34,784 nt of DNA. Source: Terriglobia bacterium. Its GTDB lineage: Bacteria > Acidobacteriota > Terriglobia > JAJPHL01 > JAPKYU01. Each line of letters opens with the position of its first letter. The first letter of the stretch is position 1. This document shows positions 19,692 through 27,916 of this stretch, piece by piece. The notes under the pieces are model-generated. The model made no database searches, had not been told where the DNA came from, and saw only the letters and a program-made list of their open reading frames with translations. A program made the position numbers and the translations under genes. Location of the stretch: NCBI GenBank assembly GCA_965223005.1, contig CBDCVK010000001.1:1-34784 (forward strand), written 5' to 3'.

Positions 19692-19748
19692 TCTGCTGGC
19701 CAGAGACCGTGGGCTGGCCGTGGTTAAGCATCTACTCGTGGTATAGGA

Positions 19749-20096
19749 ATGACAGCTTCCGAACTGAACCCTGAGGAGAAGCGCCGAGCCGCAGAGCGGG
19801 CCGTCCTGCGGGCCATGTGCCAGGGCACTGAGGAAGGGTCGGTGTGGGATGAGGGCATGCGCCTGCTTCGCTCCTACCGCTTCTGCGACATCCACCATCA
19901 GGTGGTCTTCGAGGCGCTTCAGAAAATCTCCTCCGCCGAGCCGTCAGGCATTCGCGAGCAATTGCAGCAACGGGTGGTGCTGGCGGGTTTCCCTGATCTG
20001 GACGCGCAGGAATTCTTTGTGCCGCACCAGCTAGGCCGTCAGAAAGCCCTGGAGCTGATCCAGTGGCTGGCACAAGCGGGCCAGCAAGTCCGGTAG
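19749..20096 (+). CDS. Hypothetical protein resembling a stand-alone DnaB N-terminal domain
   Basis: AERAVLRAM...FCDIHHQVVFEAL resembles the DnaB-N pattern AEqaVLGal...Fy...HqlIFeam; no helicase domain. Confidence 0.5.
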   Translation: MTASELNPEEKRRAAERAVLRAMCQGTEEGSVWDEGMRLLRSYRFCDIHHQVVFEALQKISSAEPSGIREQLQQRVVLAGFPDLDAQEFFVPHQLGRQKALELIQWLAQAGQQVR

Positions 20097-20260
20097 CAGG
20101 AGTGAGGCTCTTGTGGCGCTGGGTCAGGCCCTGACTGGTTTCAAAGCTGAGAGGCAGCTTGCCGAAGTGACCTACCTTCTCCTCACCCGCCGAGGCGGTG
20201 GCCTCCTGTAGGAGTGTTACCGGATAGCGACCGACCATTTAGATATATGGATTAGGTCAG

Positions 20261-21652
20261 TTAGGGCCCTTTAGCCCGTTGCCTGCTCGGGCCTATGGTT
20301 CTACGGCCGCTGAAGGACGGCGGCCTTGGTGTCCGAGATGTCGGCCGCGGCCGAGATGTCGCCCGTGGCCGAGATGTCGCCCGTGGCCGAGATGTCGCCC
20401 GTGGCCGAGATGTCGCCCGTGGCCGAGATACCGCCCGTGGCCGAGATACCGCCCGTGGCCGAGATACCGCCCGTGGCCGAGATACCGCCCGTGGCCGAGA
20501 TACCGCCCGTGGCCGAGATACCGCCCGTGGCCGAGAGGTCGCCCGTGGCCGAGAGGTCGCCGGGGGGGCAGCCTGGGTGGTCCGACCTCTCCCGGAGGAC
20601 CACCCCCTAGGGTAGGAAGGGTTCCTACGCACATCCTTCGGGCCATTGGTCCGTTGCTTGCTCGCGCCTATGGTTTTGCGGCCACCGAAGGACGGCCTTG
20701 GTGACCAAGATGTCGCTGGTGGCCGAGATCGCTCTGGTGGCCGAGATGCCACTGGTGGCCAAGATGGCGCTGGTGGCCGAGATATCGCTGGTGGCCGAGG
20801 TATCGACGGGGGGCCAGCCTGGGTGGTCCGACCTCCCCCGGGGAACCACCCTCTAGGGTAGGAAGGGTTCCGGTTCCGACGCCCATAGTTCGGGCGAGGG
20901 CAACGGTAGACGTAGCCAAAGGGCGATCGGATTGGGTAGCCGTACGGCAGGAAGGTGTAGTAGCCCAAGCCGGAATGGAAGAACCACTGGCTGGACCAGA
21001 AGGAGACACGCCGATTGCGGAAACTATTGACCGCTGCATAGGAGGCGGTGGCCAGTTCCGAGGACCGGACCCGATTCCAATGGTCAAACTCATCCAGGTC
21101 CTTCCGGTTGTACTTGACTGCCGCGCTGGCAGTTCCCTCCGCGGCCAACTCCACGAACCTCCCCCCCTTGAGGGGACCCTTCTTCCCGGGCACTCGCAAC
21201 TTGCCTTTTTCGACATGGACGCGCAAGGAGTCCTGAGCAGCTTCAAAGCGGTATAGCCCGGTGCGCCTGATGGGAATCGCGTATTCCCGCCAGAGCATCA
21301 CAATGGAAGTTCCCTTCTGAGTTTCGTTCACTTCCAACATGGTGGTGCCCGAAACCAGCTCGACGCGAACGTCTGTGAGCCGCGAGGAGAGCAGCCGAAC
21401 TGTGGAGTCGCGGTCCAGGCGCAGAAAACTGCCCGGAGTCAGCAGCAGTTCCAGGCGTCCCCGCCAGGTTGTTACGGTCTGGCCTTCGGCGATTTGCCGT
21501 TCGACCCTCCCGTCCGGGCTGCTGGGCAGCGTCACCGCGCCCTGCCAGTAATTCACGTAACCGGCGCGCGCCGAGATGACGTGTTGCGCAGCCACGGGCG
21601 CTGGGCCAGTGAACCATCCCAAAAGAACCAATGCAAAGACTAGCCTTCTCAT
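20261..21652 (-). CDS. Secreted FecR-domain protein with a duplicated Pro/Arg-rich repeat tail
   Basis: Signal peptide; ISARAGYVNY..G, GRLELLLTPGSFLRL, GLYRFEA, DEFDHWNRVRS; C-terminal hexapeptide repeats. Confidence 0.75.
   Translation of the reverse strand: MRRLVFALVLLGWFTGPAPVAAQHVISARAGYVNYWQGAVTLPSSPDGRVERQIAEGQTVTTWRGRLELLLTPGSFLRLDRDSTVRLLSSRLTDVRVELVSGTTMLEVNETQKGTSIVMLWREYAIPIRRTGLYRFEAAQDSLRVHVEKGKLRVPGKKGPLKGGRFVELAAEGTASAAVKYNRKDLDEFDHWNRVRSSELATASYAAVNSFRNRRVSFWSSQWFFHSGLGYYTFLPYGYPIRSPFGYVYRCPRPNYGRRNRNPSYPRGWFPGGGRTTQAGPPSIPRPPAISRPPAPSWPPVASRPPERSRPPATSWSPRPSFGGRKTIGASKQRTNGPKDVRRNPSYPRGWSSGRGRTTQAAPPATSRPRATSRPRAVSRPRAVSRPRAVSRPRAVSRPRAVSRPRAVSRPRATSRPRATSRPRATSRPRATSRPRPTSRTPRPPSFSGRRTIGPSRQRAKGP
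20331..20564. repeat. 18-bp tandem repeat, ~13 copies, encoding A(T/V)SRPR; a degenerate block of ~6 copies lies at ~20700-20810
   Basis: Unit GGCCGAGA(TGT/TAC/GGT)CGCCCGT, contiguous with no spacers. Confidence 0.95.
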
Positions 21653-21758
21653 TGCGCCCCCCTTTGGGTCTTCGCCTCTGTTAGCTGTTAGACGTGCTCC
21701 ACCCCACCGGGGTTACCTCATCACTTGTGTCATCAGCAGGACAACCGAAGCCGTCCGG

Positions 21759-21809
21759 CCTTGCGCATCGGAGTATCATTCTTCCAAGGGGAGAATCGGC
21801 TGCCTTACC
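21759..21809 (+). repeat. Conserved leader element, copy A (orphan)
   Basis: CCTTGCGCATCGGAGTATCATTCTTCCAAGGGGAGAATCGGCTGCCTTACC, near-identical to the copies at 23133 and 24849. Confidence 0.85.
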
Positions 21810-21968
21810 CCATCTAGGCCGGCTTTCCCAGGCAGAATGTTGAAGCGCGTCGTTGCAAATCAGAAACCGCTCGCACAGGCTGAAGGTCCGGGCCGTACTG
21901 ACCGCGGGCAGTTTGGCCGGTACGGGCCCGGATTTCGCGCCGAAAACGAGAGGAGCGAGGCGCGAGAC

Positions 21969-22873
21969 TCAGCGAGGCTCGGGGCAGAAACCCGGCTCGA
22001 AGCCGCGGGCACTCTGCCGTCGGGCGAGCGGGTCCGGGTAGGGCGCGGACGAGGGTGGCAACAGGCCCAGGCGCACCAGTTGTGTCCGATACTCGTAGCG
22101 GATGTTGACAGCGGGTCCGGGTAGGGCGCGGACGAGGGTGGCAACAGGCCCAGGCGCACCAGTTGTGTCCGATACTCGTAGCGGATGTTGACAGTGGCGG
22201 CTGGCTTCTCTTCCAGATCCATGCGCACCCGGTAGACCCGGTGGCCGTAGCGGCGGCCTATCCCCGTGGCGGCGTAATCCTCCTCACGGACGTTGCCTGA
22301 GGGGCTCTCGGCCTTGCTCGATCGCTCGGCCGAGTCGCGCGATGCACCGGCTTCGGGAGCCGCGCTGGGCCCATCCCTCCGGCTTTTTTCCTTAGGCACC
22401 ACCGGACGCGGCGCCTTCGGACGGCGCTTCTCGCGGAAGTACACGGCGCTGATGATTCCCAGGTTCTGCCTCTTTCCCAGCCAGGCTCCATACGACTGCT
22501 CTTCGCTGGTGAAGAAGAACCGGCGGGCGTTTTTCATTCCCGTCTGCCAGCCGCTGATGGTAATCGTCTCGTGCGGGCCCAACACCCACTTCTGGGCCGA
22601 GCGCGGGTCGGTGTGCCGCGCGTCAATCGTGTTCAATCCGTCCACCGAAAGCGCCACGGCCACCCGCACGCCCAGCGGGTTCCGCAGGCGGATCGAATAC
22701 TTCTTGCCCTTGATGGCTTCCACGTAGCGGAGGCCGTGGCCGAAGTAGACGGGCACATGACGGCCATCCACCAGTACGTCCACCTGGAAACCAGCGGGGT
22801 AGGAAGTGCGCGCGCAGGCGGGCACTGTGGCCAGCGCGAGAAAAACAGCCAGTCCGAAGAGCTTGCGATTCAT
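21969..22873 (-). pseudogene. Secreted hypothetical protein (273 aa if repaired), frameshifted by an 83-bp tandem duplication
   Basis: GAGGAGG RBS and MNRKLFGL signal peptide; VALSVDGLNTIDA, ISGWQ, FFFTSEE. Removing one repeat copy gives ...PYPDPLARRQSARGFEPGFCPEPR* (stop 21969-21971). Confidence 0.75.
22027..22192. repeat. Exact 83-bp tandem duplication
   Basis: 22027-22109 is identical to 22110-22192, with AG microhomology at the junction. Confidence 0.95.
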
Positions 22874-23132
22874 TGTCCTTTCCTCCTCGTCTAGAAGAAC
22901 GGAGGAGGGACAGAAAACTTGCAGGGGGAGTGGGACACAAATTCTTGCCAGCGGGAGGACCTGCACCACAAATCCAACTATTTACTGGCGCTCATGCCCT
23001 GGACTCTCAGCCTGTGCAGGGCTTTCAGTATCCCACTTAATCCGAGGCAAGCGTCTTGTGCTCAGAAACTTGCAGCCGTAATCAAGCCCACGGCTGGAAC
23101 AAGGCAACCGATCTGCTCGCCCAGCTGTTGGG

Positions 23133-23203
23133 CCTTGCGAATCGGAGTATCATTCTCCCGGGGAGAGAATCGGCTGCTCTACCGTTTGCCGTAGGAGTCC
23201 TAG
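23133..23203 (+). promoter_or_regulatory. Conserved leader element, copy B (-10-like TATCAT, palindrome, RBS)
   Basis: CCTTGCGAATCGGAGTATCATTCTCCCGGGGAGAGAATCGGCTGCTCTACCGTTTGCCGTAGGAGTCCTAG, then ATG. Confidence 0.7.
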
Positions 23204-24409
23204 ATGACGAAAGCCAAAACTGCATGGCTGCTGCTGGGAATGTTGTGTCTGGCCTCCTTTGCCGTGGCCCAAGAGCCGGCCTGGGAGAAATACACAAAGG
23301 CAGGCACAGAAGCCTACCAGCGGGGCCAGTACGCCGAGGCTGAGAAACAATTCGTGGCTGCCCTGAAGGAGGCAGAAAAGTTTGGAGCGCAGGACCCTCG
23401 GCTAGCCACCAGCCTCAACAACCTGGCGACGCTCTACATCAACCAGGTCAAGTACGCCGAAGCCGAGTCGCTCTTGCGGCGGGCGCTGGCCACTTTCGAG
23501 AAGGCGCCGGGACCGGAGCATCCCATCGTGGCCGTTGTTCGCATAAGCTTGGCGACGCTCTACATCAACCAGGCCAAGTACGCCGAGGCCGAGACGCTGT
23601 TTCAGCGGGCACTGGCCACTCTCGAAAAGGCTCTGGGGCCAGAGCACCCCCATGTAACCACGAGCCTCAACAACCTAGCGGTGCTTTATTACACCCAAGG
23701 CAAGTATGCCGAGGCCGAGCCATTCTACCTGCGGGCGCTGGCGATTGCGGAGAAGACGCTGGGACCGGAGCATCCCCAAGTCGCCACGGGCCTCAACAGC
23801 CTGGCGGCGCTCTACGACGCCCAGGGAAAGTACACCGAAGCCGAGCCACTCTTCCTGCGGGCGCTGGCGATTGTGGAGAAGGCCCTAGGGCCGGAGCATC
23901 CCAGCGTGGCCACCGGCCTCAATAACCTGGCTGCGCTGCACTACGCGCATGGCCAGTACGCGGAGGCCGAGCCGCTCTACCGGCGGGCGCTGGCGATTTG
24001 GGAGAAGGTCCTGGGGCCGGAGCATCCAGACGTGGCCATCAGTCTCAACAACCTGGCGGAGCTTTACCGCAACCAGGGCAAGTATGCTGAAGCCGAGCCG
24101 CTCTACAAACGCTCGCTGGCGATAGATGAGAAGGCTCTGGGGCCGGAGCATCCAGGCGTAGCCACCAGCCTCAACAACCTGGCGTTGCTCTACGACGCGC
24201 AGGGCCAGTACGCCGAAGCCGAGCCGCTCTACCGGCGAGGGCTGGCCATCTGGGAGAAGTCCCTGGGGCCTGAGCATCCCAGCCTGGCCTCAGTCCTGGA
24301 GAGCTACGCTGAGCTTCTACGGAAGACGAACAGAGAGGCCGAGGCGGCCAAACTGGAAGCCCGCGCCAAGGCCATCCGCGCCAAGCACGCCCAAGAGAAC
24401 CCCCAGTAA
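23204..24409 (+). CDS. Secreted tetratricopeptide-repeat protein (42-aa kinesin-light-chain-type repeats)
   Basis: Signal peptide ending AVA-Q; N-cap, 7 internal ATSLNNLA.LY..QGKYAEAEPLY.RALAI.EK.LGPEHP repeats, C-cap. Confidence 0.92.
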   Translation: MTKAKTAWLLLGMLCLASFAVAQEPAWEKYTKAGTEAYQRGQYAEAEKQFVAALKEAEKFGAQDPRLATSLNNLATLYINQVKYAEAESLLRRALATFEKAPGPEHPIVAVVRISLATLYINQAKYAEAETLFQRALATLEKALGPEHPHVTTSLNNLAVLYYTQGKYAEAEPFYLRALAIAEKTLGPEHPQVATGLNSLAALYDAQGKYTEAEPLFLRALAIVEKALGPEHPSVATGLNNLAALHYAHGQYAEAEPLYRRALAIWEKVLGPEHPDVAISLNNLAELYRNQGKYAEAEPLYKRSLAIDEKALGPEHPGVATSLNNLALLYDAQGQYAEAEPLYRRGLAIWEKSLGPEHPSLASVLESYAELLRKTNREAEAAKLEARAKAIRAKHAQENPQ

Positions 24410-24515
24410 GTGATTACGGGAATTCTGGGATTGCCAACCGCCAACACAAAGCCACAAAGGTACAAGCCCGCACGCAATCTGGACACTCGCAGACTTGCCA
24501 GCATAAGCTTGGGCC

Positions 24516-24758
24516 ATGCATAAATGCCCCCACTGCGGCGAGCCTGGAATATCAACGATCAGAAAGTTGTGCCTGGGACCTGGGATGCCAGCAATCTGTA
24601 AGAACTGTGGGAAGAAAGTTGGCGTGCCATGGCGAACTATGTGGTTTATGGTTCCGTTCTTGGTTCTCTATCTCCTAGGACAAGCTGGGTTGGCTTTCGT
24701 CTGTTTCTTGCTGGCGTGCTACATCCACCTGAAGTGGATTCCCTTGATCCGAAAGTGA
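24516..24758 (+). CDS. Small Zn-ribbon (CxxC-x20-CxxC-like) membrane protein
   Basis: CPHC...CKNC followed by two hydrophobic segments; lower GC than its neighbours. Confidence 0.7.
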   Translation: MHKCPHCGEPGISTIRKLCLGPGMPAICKNCGKKVGVPWRTMWFMVPFLVLYLLGQAGLAFVCFLLACYIHLKWIPLIRK

Positions 24759-24848
24759 GAGCAACACAGATTTAGGACACTACCAGCCAGGGAGGCATTA
24801 CCGCAAAAGTCGCTGGCCATGTAGCCTACCTCCGTGTTGCCTGTTCAC

Positions 24849-24919
24849 CCTTGCGCATCGGCGTATCATTCTCCCAAGGGGAGAATCGGCTGCCCTGCCG
24901 TTTGCCGTAGGAATCCTAG
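24849..24919 (+). promoter_or_regulatory. Conserved leader element, copy C
   Basis: CCTTGCGCATCGGCGTATCATTCTCCCAAGGGGAGAATCGGCTGCCCTGCCGTTTGCCGTAGGAATCCTAG, then ATG; perfect ATTCTCCC-N3-GGGAGAAT. Confidence 0.7.
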
Positions 24920-25372
24920 ATGACGAAAGCCAAAACTAGCTGGCTGCTGCTGGGAATCTTGTGTCTGGCGTCCTTTGCCGTGGCCCAAGATACGCTCTGG
25001 CAGACGTACATGCAGGCCACATCTAGGGCGTACGCGCATGGTCAGTACCCCGCGGCCGAGAAGTGGTTATTGGCCGCGCTTAGGGAGGCCGAAAAGTTCG
25101 GTGAGCAGGACCCGCGTTTGGCAAGAACCCTGAACGCCCTGGGAGAAGTCTACCGCACCCAGGGCAAGTACGCCGAGGCCGAGCCGCTCTACCGGCGGGC
25201 GCTGGCGATCTGGGAGAAGGCCCTGGGTCCAGAGCATCCGAACGTGGCCCAGGGCCTAGAGAAATACGCGAAGCTCTTGCGGAAGACGAACCGGGAAAAT
25301 GAGGCGGCCAAACTGGAAGCCCGCGCCAAGGCCATCTGCGCCAAGCACGCCGAACAGAACCCCAAGAAGTAG
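24920..25372 (+). CDS. Short secreted TPR protein, paralogue of 23204..24409
   Basis: Near-identical signal peptide and C-cap (LLRKTNRE.EAAKLEARAKAI.AKHA), but only one internal repeat. Confidence 0.9.
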   Translation: MTKAKTSWLLLGILCLASFAVAQDTLWQTYMQATSRAYAHGQYPAAEKWLLAALREAEKFGEQDPRLARTLNALGEVYRTQGKYAEAEPLYRRALAIWEKALGPEHPNVAQGLEKYAKLLRKTNRENEAAKLEARAKAICAKHAEQNPKK

Positions 25373-25644
25373 CGCTCCCCCGGGACTGCGCATGGCTATT
25401 CCCTTCCGGGAAACGATTGACCACGGGTACAGCCTGCGGGGTCGCATGTCTATTTCTTCCGGCAAATCGATCGGGAGCGAAGCTGCTACCGCCGGTCTTG
25501 CCGGTTTTTGACAGGCACCGGCGACGCGCGCTAGGCTCAGGTTGGCGGAAACAGCAATGGGCTCTTCTGTCCTCAGCGTGGCCACTTCCCAGTTGGGGGC
25601 ATGGGCTATGGTTTACAATAGAGCAAGCCGCTGCCGGTGTTTCG

Positions 25645-26538
25645 ATGGACTTCGATCAGCTACGTGTCTTCCTGGAAATTGTCCGACTGGGCAGCTTCTC
25701 GCGCGCCGCCGAGAGCTGTTTCCGCTCGCAGCCGGCGGTGAGCGCGCAGATCCGCCAGATGGAGGAGGAACTGGGCACCAAGCTGTTCGACCGGGTCGCC
25801 AGCCGCGTGCAGCTTACCGCCGCCGGGAAGCGCTTCAGCGAATACGCGCGCGACATGCTCGAGCTGCGGCGTCGCGCCTCGCAGGAAATGGCCGAGATGA
25901 ATACGGTGCCCCGCGGCGAGCTGGTGATCGGCGCCAACGAGGCCACCTGCCTGTACATCCTGCCGGGGGTCTTCGCCGAGTTCAAGAAAACGTATCCGGA
26001 GGTGCAGATCAGCATCTTCCGCACGCACGGGGCGGCGGTGGTGCAGCGAGTGCTGGAAAACGCGCTGGATTTCGGAATCGCGCAGCTGCCGCTGCAAGAC
26101 CGGCGTTTAGAACGAGTCTCGATCCACACCGATGAGCTTTGCCTGTTGCTTCCTCCATCTCATCCGCTGGCGCGCTCCGGGCCGGTCGAACCGGAGGCGC
26201 TGGCTCCTTTCCCCCTACTGCTGCCCAAGAGCGGCCGCACCCGTTCGCTGCTCGATGAATACCTGTTCCCGGTGCGCGAGCGGATGCTGATTTCCATGGA
26301 GTTGGAATCCAGCGAGATGATCAAACGCTTTGTGCAGGCCGGCTTGGGAATCGGCTTCATTGCCCGAACCTACGCCCAGGCCGACGTGCGCGCCGGAAGC
26401 CTGAAGCAGGTGAGCCTGCGCGGCCGTCCCAGCATCCAGCTCGGCTTGATCTACCGGAAGGACAAGCCGCTGTCGCGCGCCGCCCTGGCCTTCATTGAGG
26501 TAGCCACCCACCACACGGCCGCCAAAGCTCGCGCCTAG
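25645..26538 (+). CDS. LysR-family transcriptional regulator
   Basis: MDFDQLRVF..IVRLGSFSRAAE..FRSQPAVSAQIRQMEEELG..LFDR; TACAAT at 25614-25619 upstream. Confidence 0.93.
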   Translation: MDFDQLRVFLEIVRLGSFSRAAESCFRSQPAVSAQIRQMEEELGTKLFDRVASRVQLTAAGKRFSEYARDMLELRRRASQEMAEMNTVPRGELVIGANEATCLYILPGVFAEFKKTYPEVQISIFRTHGAAVVQRVLENALDFGIAQLPLQDRRLERVSIHTDELCLLLPPSHPLARSGPVEPEALAPFPLLLPKSGRTRSLLDEYLFPVRERMLISMELESSEMIKRFVQAGLGIGFIARTYAQADVRAGSLKQVSLRGRPSIQLGLIYRKDKPLSRAALAFIEVATHHTAAKARA

Positions 26539-26750
26539 CACCGGCCTCTCCAACTCTGCAGCTTCTCGAACAAGGCAGCGGGGCCGGCGAGCACGCTCCA
26601 TTTGCCTGCTGGTTTGGAACTTTCACCGAGTGCGTAGGATGGTTCCGCACGGAAATTTGCAGGGTCCAGGCGCTTTGCTGTAGTATAGTTTGCGTCCTTA
26701 GCTAGAGAAATTACAGCCCCGGAGGCAGTTCCAACTAGGTCGAAACGGGC

Positions 26751-27713
26751 ATGAAGAAAGTTCTCCTGCTGCGCCCACGCGGCTTTTGTGCCGGGGTGGT
26801 CCGCGCCATTGACATTGTCAACATTGCACTGGACGCTTTCGGACCGCCCATTTACGTTCGCAAGGAAATCGTCCACAACCGGTACGTGGTGGAGGAGCTC
26901 TCAGCCCGTGGAGCCATCTTTGTGGACTGCTGCCTGGAGGTGCCTTCTGGCGGCCGCATTATCTTTAGCGCGCACGGGGTATCTCCTCAAGTTAGGCAGG
27001 AGGCGCGAGACCGCCAGTTGCAGGTGATTGATGCCACCTGCCCGCTGGTGACCAAGGTGCATCTGGAGGCGGTGAAGTTCGCACGCCGGGGCTACACCAT
27101 CCTGCTGATTGGCCACCGGGATCACGACGAGGTCGCCGGCACGCTGGGAGAGGCTCCGGGCCGGACGATCTTGATCAGCTCCGATCAAGACGCCGAGAAC
27201 GTCCGCGTGCCTGACCCGGAACGCGTTGTCTACCTGACGCAGACCACACTGAGCCTCGATGAGACCACCGGGATGATCCAACGCCTGCGGCGCCGGTTTC
27301 CGGCCATCCAGGGACCGCCCGCGCAAGATATCTGCTACGCGACTGAAAACCGGCAGCACGCCGTCAAGGCGATCGCGAGACGGTGCGACCTGTTGCTGGT
27401 AGTCGGCTCGCAGAACAGTTCCAATTCCAATCGCCTGGTCGAAGTGGCCGCCAACGCGAAGCTGCCAGCTCACCTGATCGAAGATGAACAGTCTATTGAC
27501 CCCCAGTGGTTGGAAGCAGCGGAAACCATTGGCGTCACCGCCGGCGCTTCGGCTCCCGAGCGCCTGGTTGAGCGGGTCATTCTGTCCCTGCGGAACTGCG
27601 GATTTTCTACCGTAGAGGAAGTGGAAGTCATAGAGGAGGATGTGCGCTTTGCCCTGCCTCCGGAGCTGATTGCTGTGGGCGAGAGGCAGACAGCCAAACC
27701 AGCAGGAGTATGA
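26751..27713 (+). CDS. ispH: 4-hydroxy-3-methylbut-2-enyl diphosphate reductase
   Basis: PRGFCAGV.RA, EIVHN, SAHGV, DATCPLV.KVH, QTTLS, ICYATENRQ, SSNS, TAGASAP. Confidence 0.97.
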   Translation: MKKVLLLRPRGFCAGVVRAIDIVNIALDAFGPPIYVRKEIVHNRYVVEELSARGAIFVDCCLEVPSGGRIIFSAHGVSPQVRQEARDRQLQVIDATCPLVTKVHLEAVKFARRGYTILLIGHRDHDEVAGTLGEAPGRTILISSDQDAENVRVPDPERVVYLTQTTLSLDETTGMIQRLRRRFPAIQGPPAQDICYATENRQHAVKAIARRCDLLLVVGSQNSSNSNRLVEVAANAKLPAHLIEDEQSIDPQWLEAAETIGVTAGASAPERLVERVILSLRNCGFSTVEEVEVIEEDVRFALPPELIAVGERQTAKPAGV

Positions 27714-27916
27714 ATTCCCTCAACCGCTGCCGCCGCCAGGACGGCAGCTTCGCTTTGGCCCCGCTTTGTGCACAGCTTGTGCGCAAACCGCAGGGTGTGG
27801 CGGAAATCCGGCAACTCTGGTACGCTTCGCGGATAGCTTCCCGGAGCTTGGGCGATTTTCTCAGGGCACTATTGGGAAGCAATGGGACGTTTGCAGTCGG
27901 ACGGCAAACTGCCTGA
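27710..27916 (+). pseudogene. Short ORF resembling the C-terminus of a hopanoid-associated (HpnG-like) nucleoside phosphorylase
   Basis: LNRCRRQDGSF...LVRKPQGVAEIRQLWYASRIASRSLGDFL; ATGA overlap with the ispH stop. Similarity is from recall only. Confidence 0.35.

Noticed and set aside
20331-20564. Possible CRISPR array
   Set aside because: Contiguous 18-bp units with no unique spacers, in frame within a CDS, and no cas genes nearby.
20279-20861. Several overlapping ORFs in other frames
   Set aside because: A by-product of a stop-free 18-bp GC-rich repeat; only the FecR frame has an RBS, signal peptide and domain.
23204-25372. Diversity-generating retroelement TR/VR pair
   Set aside because: Differences are not adenine-specific and no reverse transcriptase is present.
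25417-25644. Long N-terminal extension of the LysR ORF
   Set aside because: The LysR HTH begins at ATG 25645, and a -10-like TACAAT lies within the supposed extension.
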